A stretch of 27,895 bases of DNA from a virus (taxonomy: Duplodnaviria; Caudoviricetes). Of the stretch, positions 19,421 through 25,632 are shown piece by piece (within the stretch, counting starts at the first letter, position 1; every line of letters begins with the position of its first letter). The notes beneath the pieces were generated by a model that had not been told where the DNA came from, searched no databases, and worked only from the letters and a program-made list of their open reading frames with translations. The DNA is taken from positions 1 to 27,895 of the IMG/VR virus record IMGVR_UViG_3300006641_000134; one strand, 5' to 3'. The position numbers were made by a program, and so were the translations under genes.

Positions 19421-19436
19421 TGTTTCACATGAAACA
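19421..19436. promoter_or_regulatory. parS-like centromere palindrome
   Basis: TGTTTCACATGAAACA, 15/16 match to the bacterial parS consensus TGTTTCACGTGAAACA, intergenic. Confidence 0.75.
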
Positions 19437-19457
19437 ATAGAGGGCCAATTATCCTAT

Positions 19458-19739
19458 TTACGAAGCCTTACGTATTTTCCTGAAATGAGTCCTAATACGA
19501 TGACAATTGCTACATACGATCTCACATTTAGCAATTTCTTCATCTATCTTCTTCTTGGACAGAGTTGGGATTAATTCCATTACATTTGCATGTTTCTTAC
19601 CACGGACGTGGTCAAAGTCCATGACATAATATGGATAATTGATCCCACAGTCCAAACAAGGAGTCCTCTCCTTGAGCTCTCGTATATACTTGGCCAAATA
19701 AGCCTTTTGCTTGGCAATAGAGAGCTTTTCAGTCTTCAT
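19458..19739 (-). CDS. HNH endonuclease
   Basis: CLDCG...MDFDHVRG...EEIAKCEIVCSNCHRIRT. Confidence 0.88.
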   Translation of the reverse strand: MKTEKLSIAKQKAYLAKYIRELKERTPCLDCGINYPYYVMDFDHVRGKKHANVMELIPTLSKKKIDEEIAKCEIVCSNCHRIRTHFRKIRKAS

Positions 19740-19841
19740 TGGTTATAATGCCTAGAACAAGGGATCATATGGCTCTAGTATATCAAGGAAATTTTTTCGA
19801 CTACCCGCCTTTTTTAAATTTTAACCATGCTTATACATGGC

Positions 19842-20213
19842 TTAGCCATGTTCATACCATTTAGGAGTAGGACTTAAATATGCAATTGCTTTATTTAGTA
19901 GATCAATATCATCTCTGAATTGTCCTAATCCGATATTACAAGAATTACAGAGCCATGATCTGAATGCTCCTGTTTTCCAATCATGATCTAGATACCATTT
20001 TGGAGAATCCCCGCCACAAATTGGACATCTATAATTTTCATCTGGATATGGATTCTCTAATTTTAGTCGACTAGTAATTTTTTGAGATATAGATTGACAA
20101 GGACGACATACAGATTTGTAATGAATTTTCTTTGTGCTTGTAACAGCAATAACCATTTCTTCAATTGGTTTTTCTACTTTACATACACGACAAGTTCTAA
20201 ACCTTTGAGTCAT
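19842..20213 (-). CDS. Recombination endonuclease VII-like nuclease
   Basis: CPICG...LDHDWKTGAFRSWLCNSCNIGLGQFRDD...AIAYL, plus N-terminal CRVC/CRPC zinc finger. Confidence 0.85.
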   Translation of the reverse strand: MTQRFRTCRVCKVEKPIEEMVIAVTSTKKIHYKSVCRPCQSISQKITSRLKLENPYPDENYRCPICGGDSPKWYLDHDWKTGAFRSWLCNSCNIGLGQFRDDIDLLNKAIAYLSPTPKWYEHG

Positions 20214-20284
20214 TCTTTAGGGTTTTTAATAAACATAAAATATAGAACCCAAAGAGTTAGTCCTATGAAAATTACTGCATCCAT
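20210..20284 (-). CDS. 24-aa single-pass membrane peptide
   Basis: Not in track. MDAVIFIGLTLWVLYFMFIKNPKE, AAGGCGGG SD-like sequence, ATGA overlap with the EndoVII gene. Confidence 0.6.
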   Translation of the reverse strand: MDAVIFIGLTLWVLYFMFIKNPKE

Positions 20285-20459
20285 TGTATTACCCGCCTTA
20301 TTTTATTACATAGATATCATATAGATATATATTGATATCTGGGAATTTAGATTTTAGCAAAGCCCCCCTACCCCCCATAGATTAAAAATCTATTTGAGAT
20401 AGAGAAGCTGACATCTGGTATATTTGAGTATCAGTGTAAGCCCCCCACAAACCATGATA

Positions 20460-20489
20460 AGTATAACATTAAAGATTTTGATAGGTCAA
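20460..20489 (-). promoter_or_regulatory. Leftward sigmaA-type promoter
   Basis: Minus strand TTGACC-N18-TATACT with TG extension, reading into the G-tract region. Confidence 0.55.
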
Positions 20490-20599
20490 GAGTTTTTACA
20501 AACTTTTTTATGATTGCTTAAAGTCATGTGTGCAAAGTCAGATCTAACATCTATTTCCGCCCCGCATTTATCACAAACAACGATTCGATTAGCTGCCAT
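20486..20599 (-). CDS. 37-aa zinc-finger peptide (CxxC...HxxxC), probably leaderless
   Basis: Not in track. MAANRIVVCDKCGAEIDVRSDFAHMTLSNHKKVCKNS. TGA-TATTAT lies 6 nt before the ATG, no SD. Confidence 0.65.
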   Translation of the reverse strand: MAANRIVVCDKCGAEIDVRSDFAHMTLSNHKKVCKNS

Positions 20600-20801
20600 G
20601 TAGGAATAATATCATATTTGATTCTAGTTGACTAGTAATTTAGATTTATAAAAATGTTAATATAATTTTAATTTGTATGATCCACGATTTTAAAATGTCC
20701 GTTTTGTCTAATTAGTGCGCCCATATGTGTTCTAACTCACAGAAAAAAGTATGTGATGTGCCTCACAATGTCCTAATATGTCCGAATTGTCCCCTTGAAA
20801 T

Positions 20802-20823
20802 TGTCGGTGGGGTCGTGTAGAGT
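20802..20823 (+). promoter_or_regulatory. PafBC-type promoter 1
   Basis: TGTCGG-N10-TAGAGT, also TTGAAA -35 at 17-nt spacing. Confidence 0.8.
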
Positions 20824-20852
20824 TATATATATAACGAAAGGAGATAACCACA

Positions 20853-20951
20853 ATGGATTATCTAGACTATATGGACGAAATCTACGAGGAATTAGTAGAG
20901 GAGTTTGGACACGAGATAGAATCTCAGTGTGTTCATAATCACACCGATTAG
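20853..20951 (+). CDS. 32-aa acidic peptide
   Basis: Not in track. GAAAGGAG SD. MDYLDYMDEIYEELVEEFGHEIESQCVHNHTD. Confidence 0.7.
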   Translation: MDYLDYMDEIYEELVEEFGHEIESQCVHNHTD

Positions 20952-20971
20952 AGGGTGTGTCGCCTTGATAA

Positions 20972-20993
20972 TGTCGGTCATAGGTGATAGTCT
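20972..20993 (+). promoter_or_regulatory. PafBC-type promoter 2
   Basis: TGTCGG-N10-TAGTCT, also TTGATA -35 at 17-nt spacing. Confidence 0.8.
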
Positions 20994-21021
20994 TACAGAC
21001 ATAACAATTAAATAAGAATTA

Positions 21022-21074
21022 GAGCGTGAGCCTAGCAAATAAACCGAAAGGGTGAGCCTAGCAAATAATCGCTC
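21022..21074 (+). repeat. 17-nt perfect direct repeat enclosed by a stem (candidate symmetric leader RNA)
   Basis: GTGAGCCTAGCAAATAA at 21026 and 21052, linked by CC-GAAA-GG and closed by GAGCG/CGCTC. Confidence 0.75.
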
Positions 21075-21109
21075 CCAACAAAATTAACTAACGAAAGGTA
21101 GGTAGCCAA

Positions 21110-21304
21110 ATGAGTGCTAATCTATACAATGTCCAATCCCTACTAGTAGGCAAGGCTTATCGTAGCCGTACCCTAGAGGGTATAATCCAAGACGCTGAGC
21201 CGTCTGATGTCTTCTATGATAACGCTAATGCGTACCTTGTCCGTATCCGCCCTACTCATGGGCTTAGCGATAAGTATCGTATCGTAGCCGTAGCGTGTGA
21301 TTAG
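21110..21304 (+). CDS. Hypothetical protein (paralog of 22936..23151)
   Basis: 64 aa, GAAAGGTAGG SD. Confidence 0.8.
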   Translation: MSANLYNVQSLLVGKAYRSRTLEGIIQDAEPSDVFYDNANAYLVRIRPTHGLSDKYRIVAVACD

Positions 21305-21339
21305 TATCACACCTACGCCCTAGCGTGTCGGCTTGATAA

Positions 21340-21361
21340 TGTCGGTCAAGTCTGATAGTCT
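21340..21361 (+). promoter_or_regulatory. PafBC-type promoter 3
   Basis: TGTCGG-N10-TAGTCT, also TTGATA -35 at 17-nt spacing. Confidence 0.8.
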
Positions 21362-21407
21362 AACGACATAACAAAATAAACAAAACGAAAGAATAGGAAA
21401 TAAATAA

Positions 21408-21566
21408 ATGAAAATCGAAACCGCAATATGGAATGGTAAGAAAACAAGAGTTTTAGCAGTGCCTAGTTTCTCTACTTCAGATGAAGCCCTAGAGTTTCTA
21501 AAGGAAATACAGAAACTAGATAAAGAGGCAACTCTTACAATTACAGCAGTTAGCCAATACAACTAA
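21408..21566 (+). CDS. Hypothetical 52-aa protein
   Basis: Not in track. AGGA SD. MKIETAIWNGKKTRVLAVPSFSTSDEALEFLKEIQKLDKEATLTITAVSQYN. Confidence 0.75.
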   Translation: MKIETAIWNGKKTRVLAVPSFSTSDEALEFLKEIQKLDKEATLTITAVSQYN

Positions 21567-21583
21567 GAAAGGAAACTAGATAA

Positions 21584-21703
21584 ATGATAAACGCCGTTCA
21601 AGTAATCAAATGCTCATCGTGCTATGGTGAGGGCTTAGTTTTCATCGGTGATGAAAATGACTTTCATATTGAACCCTGCGAATGTGTAAAGGAGTTAGCG
21701 TAA
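21584..21703 (+). CDS. 39-aa zinc-binding peptide (CxxCxGxG...CxC)
   Basis: Not in track. GAAAGGA SD. MINAVQVIKCSSCYGEGLVFIGDENDFHIEPCECVKELA. Confidence 0.75.
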   Translation: MINAVQVIKCSSCYGEGLVFIGDENDFHIEPCECVKELA

Positions 21704-21873
21704 TGTATGCTATGTCTTGGGAACTAAATAATCGTGACTACAAATACGAAAGTATTCAACACGGATATTCTGAAATAGATTTCTATGATGAAGAAGAAGA
21801 AAACGAAATAGAGGAAATCTCTCTTGAAGAAATAATGGAAGATGGTTTTGATTTAGAGGAGGAGGTTTTCTAA
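21703..21873 (+). CDS. Highly acidic small protein
   Basis: Start moved to ATG 21703 (AAGGAG SD, TAATG overlap). C-terminal half is dominated by D/E. Confidence 0.75.
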   Translation: MYAMSWELNNRDYKYESIQHGYSEIDFYDEEEENEIEEISLEEIMEDGFDLEEEVF

Positions 21874-22032
21874 ATGTGGGAAAATGATTTCTTAGGTATT
21901 CACCTAGATGAATATGGATTTACAATAGATAGCGCATGGTTTTATTTATCTATTAGTTATAATCTGCTACTAATTGCGGGAGCGTTTATTCTAGCCCGCC
22001 GATTTTATCTAAAGCGCAAGCGTGTAAGGTAA
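21874..22032 (+). CDS. 52-aa membrane protein with basic C-terminus
   Basis: Not in track. GGAGG SD. MWENDFLG...YNLLLIAGAFILARRFYLKRKRVR. Confidence 0.75.
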   Translation: MWENDFLGIHLDEYGFTIDSAWFYLSISYNLLLIAGAFILARRFYLKRKRVR

Positions 22033-22097
22033 ATCACAAAAAGGATCGGCGTGTCGATTTGACAAATCGGCAGCTGGCCCGCACGTTCTTGCGGGCG

Positions 22098-22159
22098 TTA
22101 TTCACAGCTTTATACACAGGTGTGGAAAACCCCTGGATTTTGAGCGTAAGTTATCCACA
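22098..22159. promoter_or_regulatory. Cluster of four DnaA boxes
   Basis: TTATTCACA (22098), TTATACACA (22110), reverse TTTTCCACA (22121), TTATCCACA (22151). All fit TTWTNCACA. Confidence 0.75.
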
Positions 22160-22211
22160 TGACCTAAATCACAAAAATAGTTTTGCGACACGCCCGAAAA
22201 ACGGGTCAAAA

Positions 22212-22233
22212 TGTCAGTGGTCTATGTTAGGAT
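22212..22233 (+). promoter_or_regulatory. PafBC-type promoter 4
   Basis: TGTCAG-N10-TAGGAT. Confidence 0.8.
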
Positions 22234-22268
22234 ACTAGTATCAAGATAAAAGAAAGGTAGGTCAGAAA

Positions 22269-22466
22269 ATGACTACACTAAATAAAAATGAAATAATCGG
22301 ATACTTAGTAGATAATGATTTTTGCGTAACAGATAAAATCTGCGTATTTTGCTCATCTCTAACAGACGGGTGGAACGCTTTCTGCCCTAGATGTCGTGAC
22401 TATAAAGGAATGATGGATTTGTATTCCGCCGTAGAATACTACGGAACAGAAATCCTACCTAACTAA
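22269..22466 (+). CDS. Small zinc-finger protein
   Basis: 65 aa. CVFC...CPRC, GAAAGGTAGG SD. Confidence 0.8.
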   Translation: MTTLNKNEIIGYLVDNDFCVTDKICVFCSSLTDGWNAFCPRCRDYKGMMDLYSAVEYYGTEILPN

Positions 22467-22482
22467 GAAAGGAAAACTAATA

Positions 22483-22695
22483 ATGGGTTATTTAGAAATT
22501 TTTGAAATGAATGAAAATGGTGCTGGTTGGGTATCATTAGAAAATGCTTCCACTTCTACTAAACTAGATTTGGAATTAGCAATGCTAACAAAAGCAGAAG
22601 TGAAAATGCTTTGCTTTGTTTGTCATAAAGAAATCGCAAAAGGAAATGTTTGCGTAAATCATAAAAATGTTAGAGGCGCAGTTTATTTTGAATAA
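22483..22695 (+). CDS. Small protein with C-terminal CxxC...CxxH motif
   Basis: 70 aa, GAAAGGA SD. Confidence 0.8.
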   Translation: MGYLEIFEMNENGAGWVSLENASTSTKLDLELAMLTKAEVKMLCFVCHKEIAKGNVCVNHKNVRGAVYFE

Positions 22696-22881
22696 AAATA
22701 AATAGCGTGTCGACTTGACAAAATGATCAGCTGCCCGCACAAAAGCTATGGGGGCGATTTGTCTTTTAAGTCCATTATGTCCGATTTGCCAGATCCCTGC
22801 GACACGCCGAGGAATTTGTGAATTTTCTCACACGGCTTGAGCGTCTCAAAATATGAAATTACTCGCTAGTAAGTTGAAGAA

Positions 22882-22903
22882 TGTCAGTGGCTTTTGGTAA
22901 AAT
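22882..22903 (+). promoter_or_regulatory. PafBC-type promoter 5
   Basis: TGTCAG-N10-TAAAAT. Confidence 0.8.
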
Positions 22904-22935
22904 TACGGAGTAACAAAATGAAAGGAAAACTAACT

Positions 22936-23151
22936 ATGAAAAGTTATTCAATTGTCGATTTGCTAGTAGATACTTACTACGCACCTACTTCTCTCCGCCG
23001 TCGTTTCAATGGCGGAATTATCAACCACGCAGAAAAGCGTGAGGATATTTATTTACCAGAAGGCTATGAGGCTTTCGCTATTCGCTACCGCCCAACAGGT
23101 CGCTTCAATGACGAATGGGCAACAGTAGCCGTCAGGGTCGCCGACTACTAA
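22936..23151 (+). CDS. Hypothetical protein (paralog of 21110..21304)
   Basis: Start moved to ATG 22936 (GAAAGGA SD). Confidence 0.8.
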   Translation: MKSYSIVDLLVDTYYAPTSLRRRFNGGIINHAEKREDIYLPEGYEAFAIRYRPTGRFNDEWATVAVRVADY

Positions 23152-23153
23152 AA

Positions 23154-23175
23154 TGTCGGTGGCTTCCGCTATAAT
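23154..23175 (+). promoter_or_regulatory. PafBC-type promoter 6
   Basis: TGTCGG-N10-TATAAT. Confidence 0.85.
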
Positions 23176-23203
23176 CTAATCAACTAAACGAAAGGGAAAC
23201 TAA

Positions 23204-23332
23204 ATGAAACTAGATGAATTCAAGGCTCTTGTTATAGAGCAACGCAAGGCGCAACAGGCGCAAAACTTACAGGCGATTTTGTCAGTCGCTTCTGCTACAA
23301 TTCCAGCAACAACAGAACGAAAGGAAAACTAA
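23204..23332 (+). CDS. 42-aa protein whose 3' half overlaps promoter 7
   Basis: Not in track. GAAAGGGA SD. MKLDEFKALVIEQRKAQQAQNLQAILSVASATIPATTERKEN. Confidence 0.65.
   Translation: MKLDEFKALVIEQRKAQQAQNLQAILSVASATIPATTERKEN
23280..23301 (+). promoter_or_regulatory. PafBC-type promoter 7
   Basis: TGTCAG-N10-TACAAT. Confidence 0.8.
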
Positions 23333-23334
23333 AA

Positions 23335-23544
23335 ATGGAAAAACTAGAATACATTGTAAATCAAATCCTAGACTGCGATTTGTGTAATGGTGTCGGTGCT
23401 CAGTATTTCTCTAATGGAGAGGACTACGATTTCGAGGACTGTATTTGTAATCCTTATGGGATTATTCTTGACGGGAAAGATGTCATTTTTGATAATGGCA
23501 TACTTTCAGAAAATCAACTATTCGCAACAGGGGAGGCTATCTAA
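23335..23544 (+). CDS. Zinc-binding acidic protein (CxxCxGxG...CxC), paralog of 21584..21703
   Basis: 69 aa, GAAAGGA SD. Confidence 0.8.
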   Translation: MEKLEYIVNQILDCDLCNGVGAQYFSNGEDYDFEDCICNPYGIILDGKDVIFDNGILSENQLFATGEAI

Positions 23545-23690
23545 TGAAAAAAAATGTTTTGATTAGTTATGTAGTAGAAGCAGACAGCGATTTGTCTGCT
23601 ATCTTTGCCCTGAATAAATCTCTTTCTACTTTGCCTGATAGCGAATTAGTAAAGTTTGACGCTTTTGATGTTTTGGAGGTATCAGAATAA
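23544..23690 (+). CDS. Hypothetical 48-aa protein
   Basis: Not in track. GGAGG SD, TAATG overlap. MKKNVLISYVVEADSDLSAIFALNKSL... Confidence 0.75.
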   Translation: MKKNVLISYVVEADSDLSAIFALNKSLSTLPDSELVKFDAFDVLEVSE

Positions 23691-23878
23691 TGATGACCCG
23701 TAAAGACTATGTTGAAACCGCTAAAATTCTAAACTATGTTAGCGATAAAACTCACCCTGCCGTTTTTTCTAAAATGGTTGTTGATTTCGCAGAAATGTTT
23801 GCGAAAGATAATCCGAGATTTGATGCGAATAGATTTTATTCCGCAGCGAATTATAAAATTCCAAGTTTTAGAAGTTAG
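23690..23878 (+). CDS. Conserved phage hypothetical protein (MTRKDY...DNPRFDxxRF family)
   Basis: 62 aa, GGAGG SD. Motif recalled from many phage early regions. Confidence 0.8.
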   Translation: MMTRKDYVETAKILNYVSDKTHPAVFSKMVVDFAEMFAKDNPRFDANRFYSAANYKIPSFRS

Positions 23879-23886
23879 GAAATAAA

Positions 23887-24042
23887 ATGACAAAAGAAAA
23901 AGTAAAACGTGTTCAAGAATTGCGCCGCAGTAATGCGGCAACACCAATTCCGTCTAAGAAAAAATATAAACGAAAATCAAAAAATCAAAAAGAAAAATAT
24001 CTAAAAACTTATTGCGAGCTGATCGCTCCGTTTTTTAGATAG
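23887..24042 (+). CDS. 51-aa very basic protein (weakly ArfA-like motif)
   Basis: Not in track. AGGA SD. MTKEKVKRVQELRRSNAATPIPSKKKYKRKSKNQKEK... Confidence 0.7.
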   Translation: MTKEKVKRVQELRRSNAATPIPSKKKYKRKSKNQKEKYLKTYCELIAPFFR

Positions 24043-24138
24043 TTGAAATTTCAACAAGCCCGCACACGGTGCGGGGTCGGGCGTGTCCTTACGAATGTGA
24101 TAATAATCACCCCGAAACCTGCGGCGTGTCGCTGAAAA

Positions 24139-24160
24139 TGTCAGTCGTTTACGCTATAAT
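24139..24160 (+). promoter_or_regulatory. PafBC-type promoter 8
   Basis: TGTCAG-N10-TATAAT. Confidence 0.85.
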
Positions 24161-24190
24161 TGCTGCGTATCCCAACGAAAGGAAAAACTA

Positions 24191-24685
24191 ATGGGTTTAG
24201 ATATGTATCTCCACGCTAAAAAGTATGTGGAAAAAATTGACTGGAATAAATTGAGAGATTTAGACCTTGACATGGATAGCGATGAGGCTATCATGCCACT
24301 CTGGAATGATATTGTAGAAACGGCAGGAATGAAAGATATTGCTACCGATATCTATGGTGTAAATGTTGAAGTAACTGCTGCTTATTGGCGTAAGTCTAAT
24401 CAAATTCACAAATGGTTTGTCGATAATGTACAAGGTGGAAATGATGACTGCGGCAATTACTATGTGTCTAAAGATAAACTAAAGGAATTGCGAGAGACTT
24501 GCCGTCAAGCCTTATTCGCTAAAGACCCTAGTTTGCTGCCGCCGCAGGCTGGCTTCTTCTTTGGCTCATATGATATCGATGAATGGTATTGGGAAGATAT
24601 CAAGCGTACTATCAAGAAACTAGACCGCTTGTTCGAATTGCCCGATTTCGACCAATTGTCCTTCTACTATAACTCATCTTGGTAA
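24191..24685 (+). CDS. Conserved phage protein (MGLDMYL...YWRKxNxIHxWF...YxSSW family)
   Basis: 164 aa, GAAAGGA SD. Widely recurring phage family of unknown function. Confidence 0.85.
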   Translation: MGLDMYLHAKKYVEKIDWNKLRDLDLDMDSDEAIMPLWNDIVETAGMKDIATDIYGVNVEVTAAYWRKSNQIHKWFVDNVQGGNDDCGNYYVSKDKLKELRETCRQALFAKDPSLLPPQAGFFFGSYDIDEWYWEDIKRTIKKLDRLFELPDFDQLSFYYNSSW

Positions 24686-24686
24686 A

Positions 24687-24708
24687 TGTCGGTGGGCCCT
24701 GCTACAAT
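24687..24708 (+). promoter_or_regulatory. PafBC-type promoter 9 (with -10 in a hairpin loop)
   Basis: TGTCGG-N10-TACAAT. TGGGCCCT/AGGGCCCA flank the -10. Confidence 0.85.
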
Positions 24709-24733
24709 AGGGCCCATAACGAAAGGTCTATAA

Positions 24734-25453
24734 ATGAAACTAAAACGCTCTAACGATAGGAAAGTAACTAATGCCGTCTCCCCAAATGGTAAAACCCCAA
24801 CAATTGCTAACACCTTCGGATTACCCGCAGGAAAGGCTTATTCATGTCCTGGCGCAACGTCTATCTGTGAAAGTGTTTGCTACGCTGGTAAACTTGAAAA
24901 GGTATACAAGGGAGTAAAGGCTACTCTTCTCCATAATTGGGAGCTCCTACGTAATGCCGACATGGATGCCATGCTGCTATTACTAGATGAGATGATTGTT
25001 GACTTTGTCAATGATTGTGAAAAGCGCAATGCTAAAAAATTATTCCGTATTCACTGGGATGGCGATTTCTTCAATGATACTTACGCATATGCCTGGAAGA
25101 CTGTTATATCTAATCATCCTGACATTCAATTTTGGGTATATACACGAGTAAAGTCTGCAGCGCTTATTCTTAGAGGTACACCTAATCTATCTCTTTATTA
25201 TTCTACCGACGATGAAAATAAAGAAATTGCTCATGACCTAAAACTAAATCAAGGTATCCGCCTTGCTTACTTAGGCAAAACGTTTGCTGTCACCGAAAGC
25301 ACAATGAAAGAATTGACTGGCAAGCCTGGCGCTAAATGTCCTGAGAATGCTAAGAAAATTCCTCTAATTTCTACTAATGGTTCTGCCTGCGTATCGTGTG
25401 GCCTATGTGTGTACGGTAAAGCAGACATTCGATTTTCTGCGAGTAAAAAATAA
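24734..25453 (+). CDS. Gp88-like protein (radical-SAM-related Fe-S protein)
   Basis: 239 aa. FGLPAG...CPGATSICESVCYA, FRIHWDGDFF, FWVYTR and C-terminal CP...CVSCGLC, as recalled for the mycobacteriophage gp88 family. Confidence 0.75.
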   Translation: MKLKRSNDRKVTNAVSPNGKTPTIANTFGLPAGKAYSCPGATSICESVCYAGKLEKVYKGVKATLLHNWELLRNADMDAMLLLLDEMIVDFVNDCEKRNAKKLFRIHWDGDFFNDTYAYAWKTVISNHPDIQFWVYTRVKSAALILRGTPNLSLYYSTDDENKEIAHDLKLNQGIRLAYLGKTFAVTESTMKELTGKPGAKCPENAKKIPLISTNGSACVSCGLCVYGKADIRFSASKK

Positions 25454-25632
25454 TGCCTGCTAATATTTTTACTAATCAGATCGCAGAATATTTGGAGGTC
25501 CCTTTAAATGTTGCAGAATCAATTCAAAATGTTATCGATACTTATTTTTATTTAGACTGGAGCGAATGTGATAAATTTGAAATGCATGCAACGTTCTTAG
25601 CTGCATATCAATTTTATAAAAACGAGCTGTAG
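25453..25632 (+). CDS. Hypothetical 59-aa protein
   Basis: Not in track. TAATG overlap. MPANIFTNQIAEYLEVPLNVAESIQ...LDWSEC... Confidence 0.7.
   Translation: MPANIFTNQIAEYLEVPLNVAESIQNVIDTYFYLDWSECDKFEMHATFLAAYQFYKNEL

Noticed and set aside
18839-19574. Track ORFs 18839..19075, 18841..19023 and 19092..19574
   Set aside because: They overlap the tRNA genes and the structured RNA candidate and lack translation signals.
16783-20635. Recurring TAGTYRACT-like sequences (near 16783, 16820, 17762, 20063, 20624)
   Set aside because: Short and AT-rich, with most copies inside coding sequence, so not distinguishable from chance without statistics.
21326-21347. Extra TGTCGG at 21326 as a fourteenth promoter
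   Set aside because: No TAnnnT at the 10-nt spacing. It is part of a GTGTCG box.
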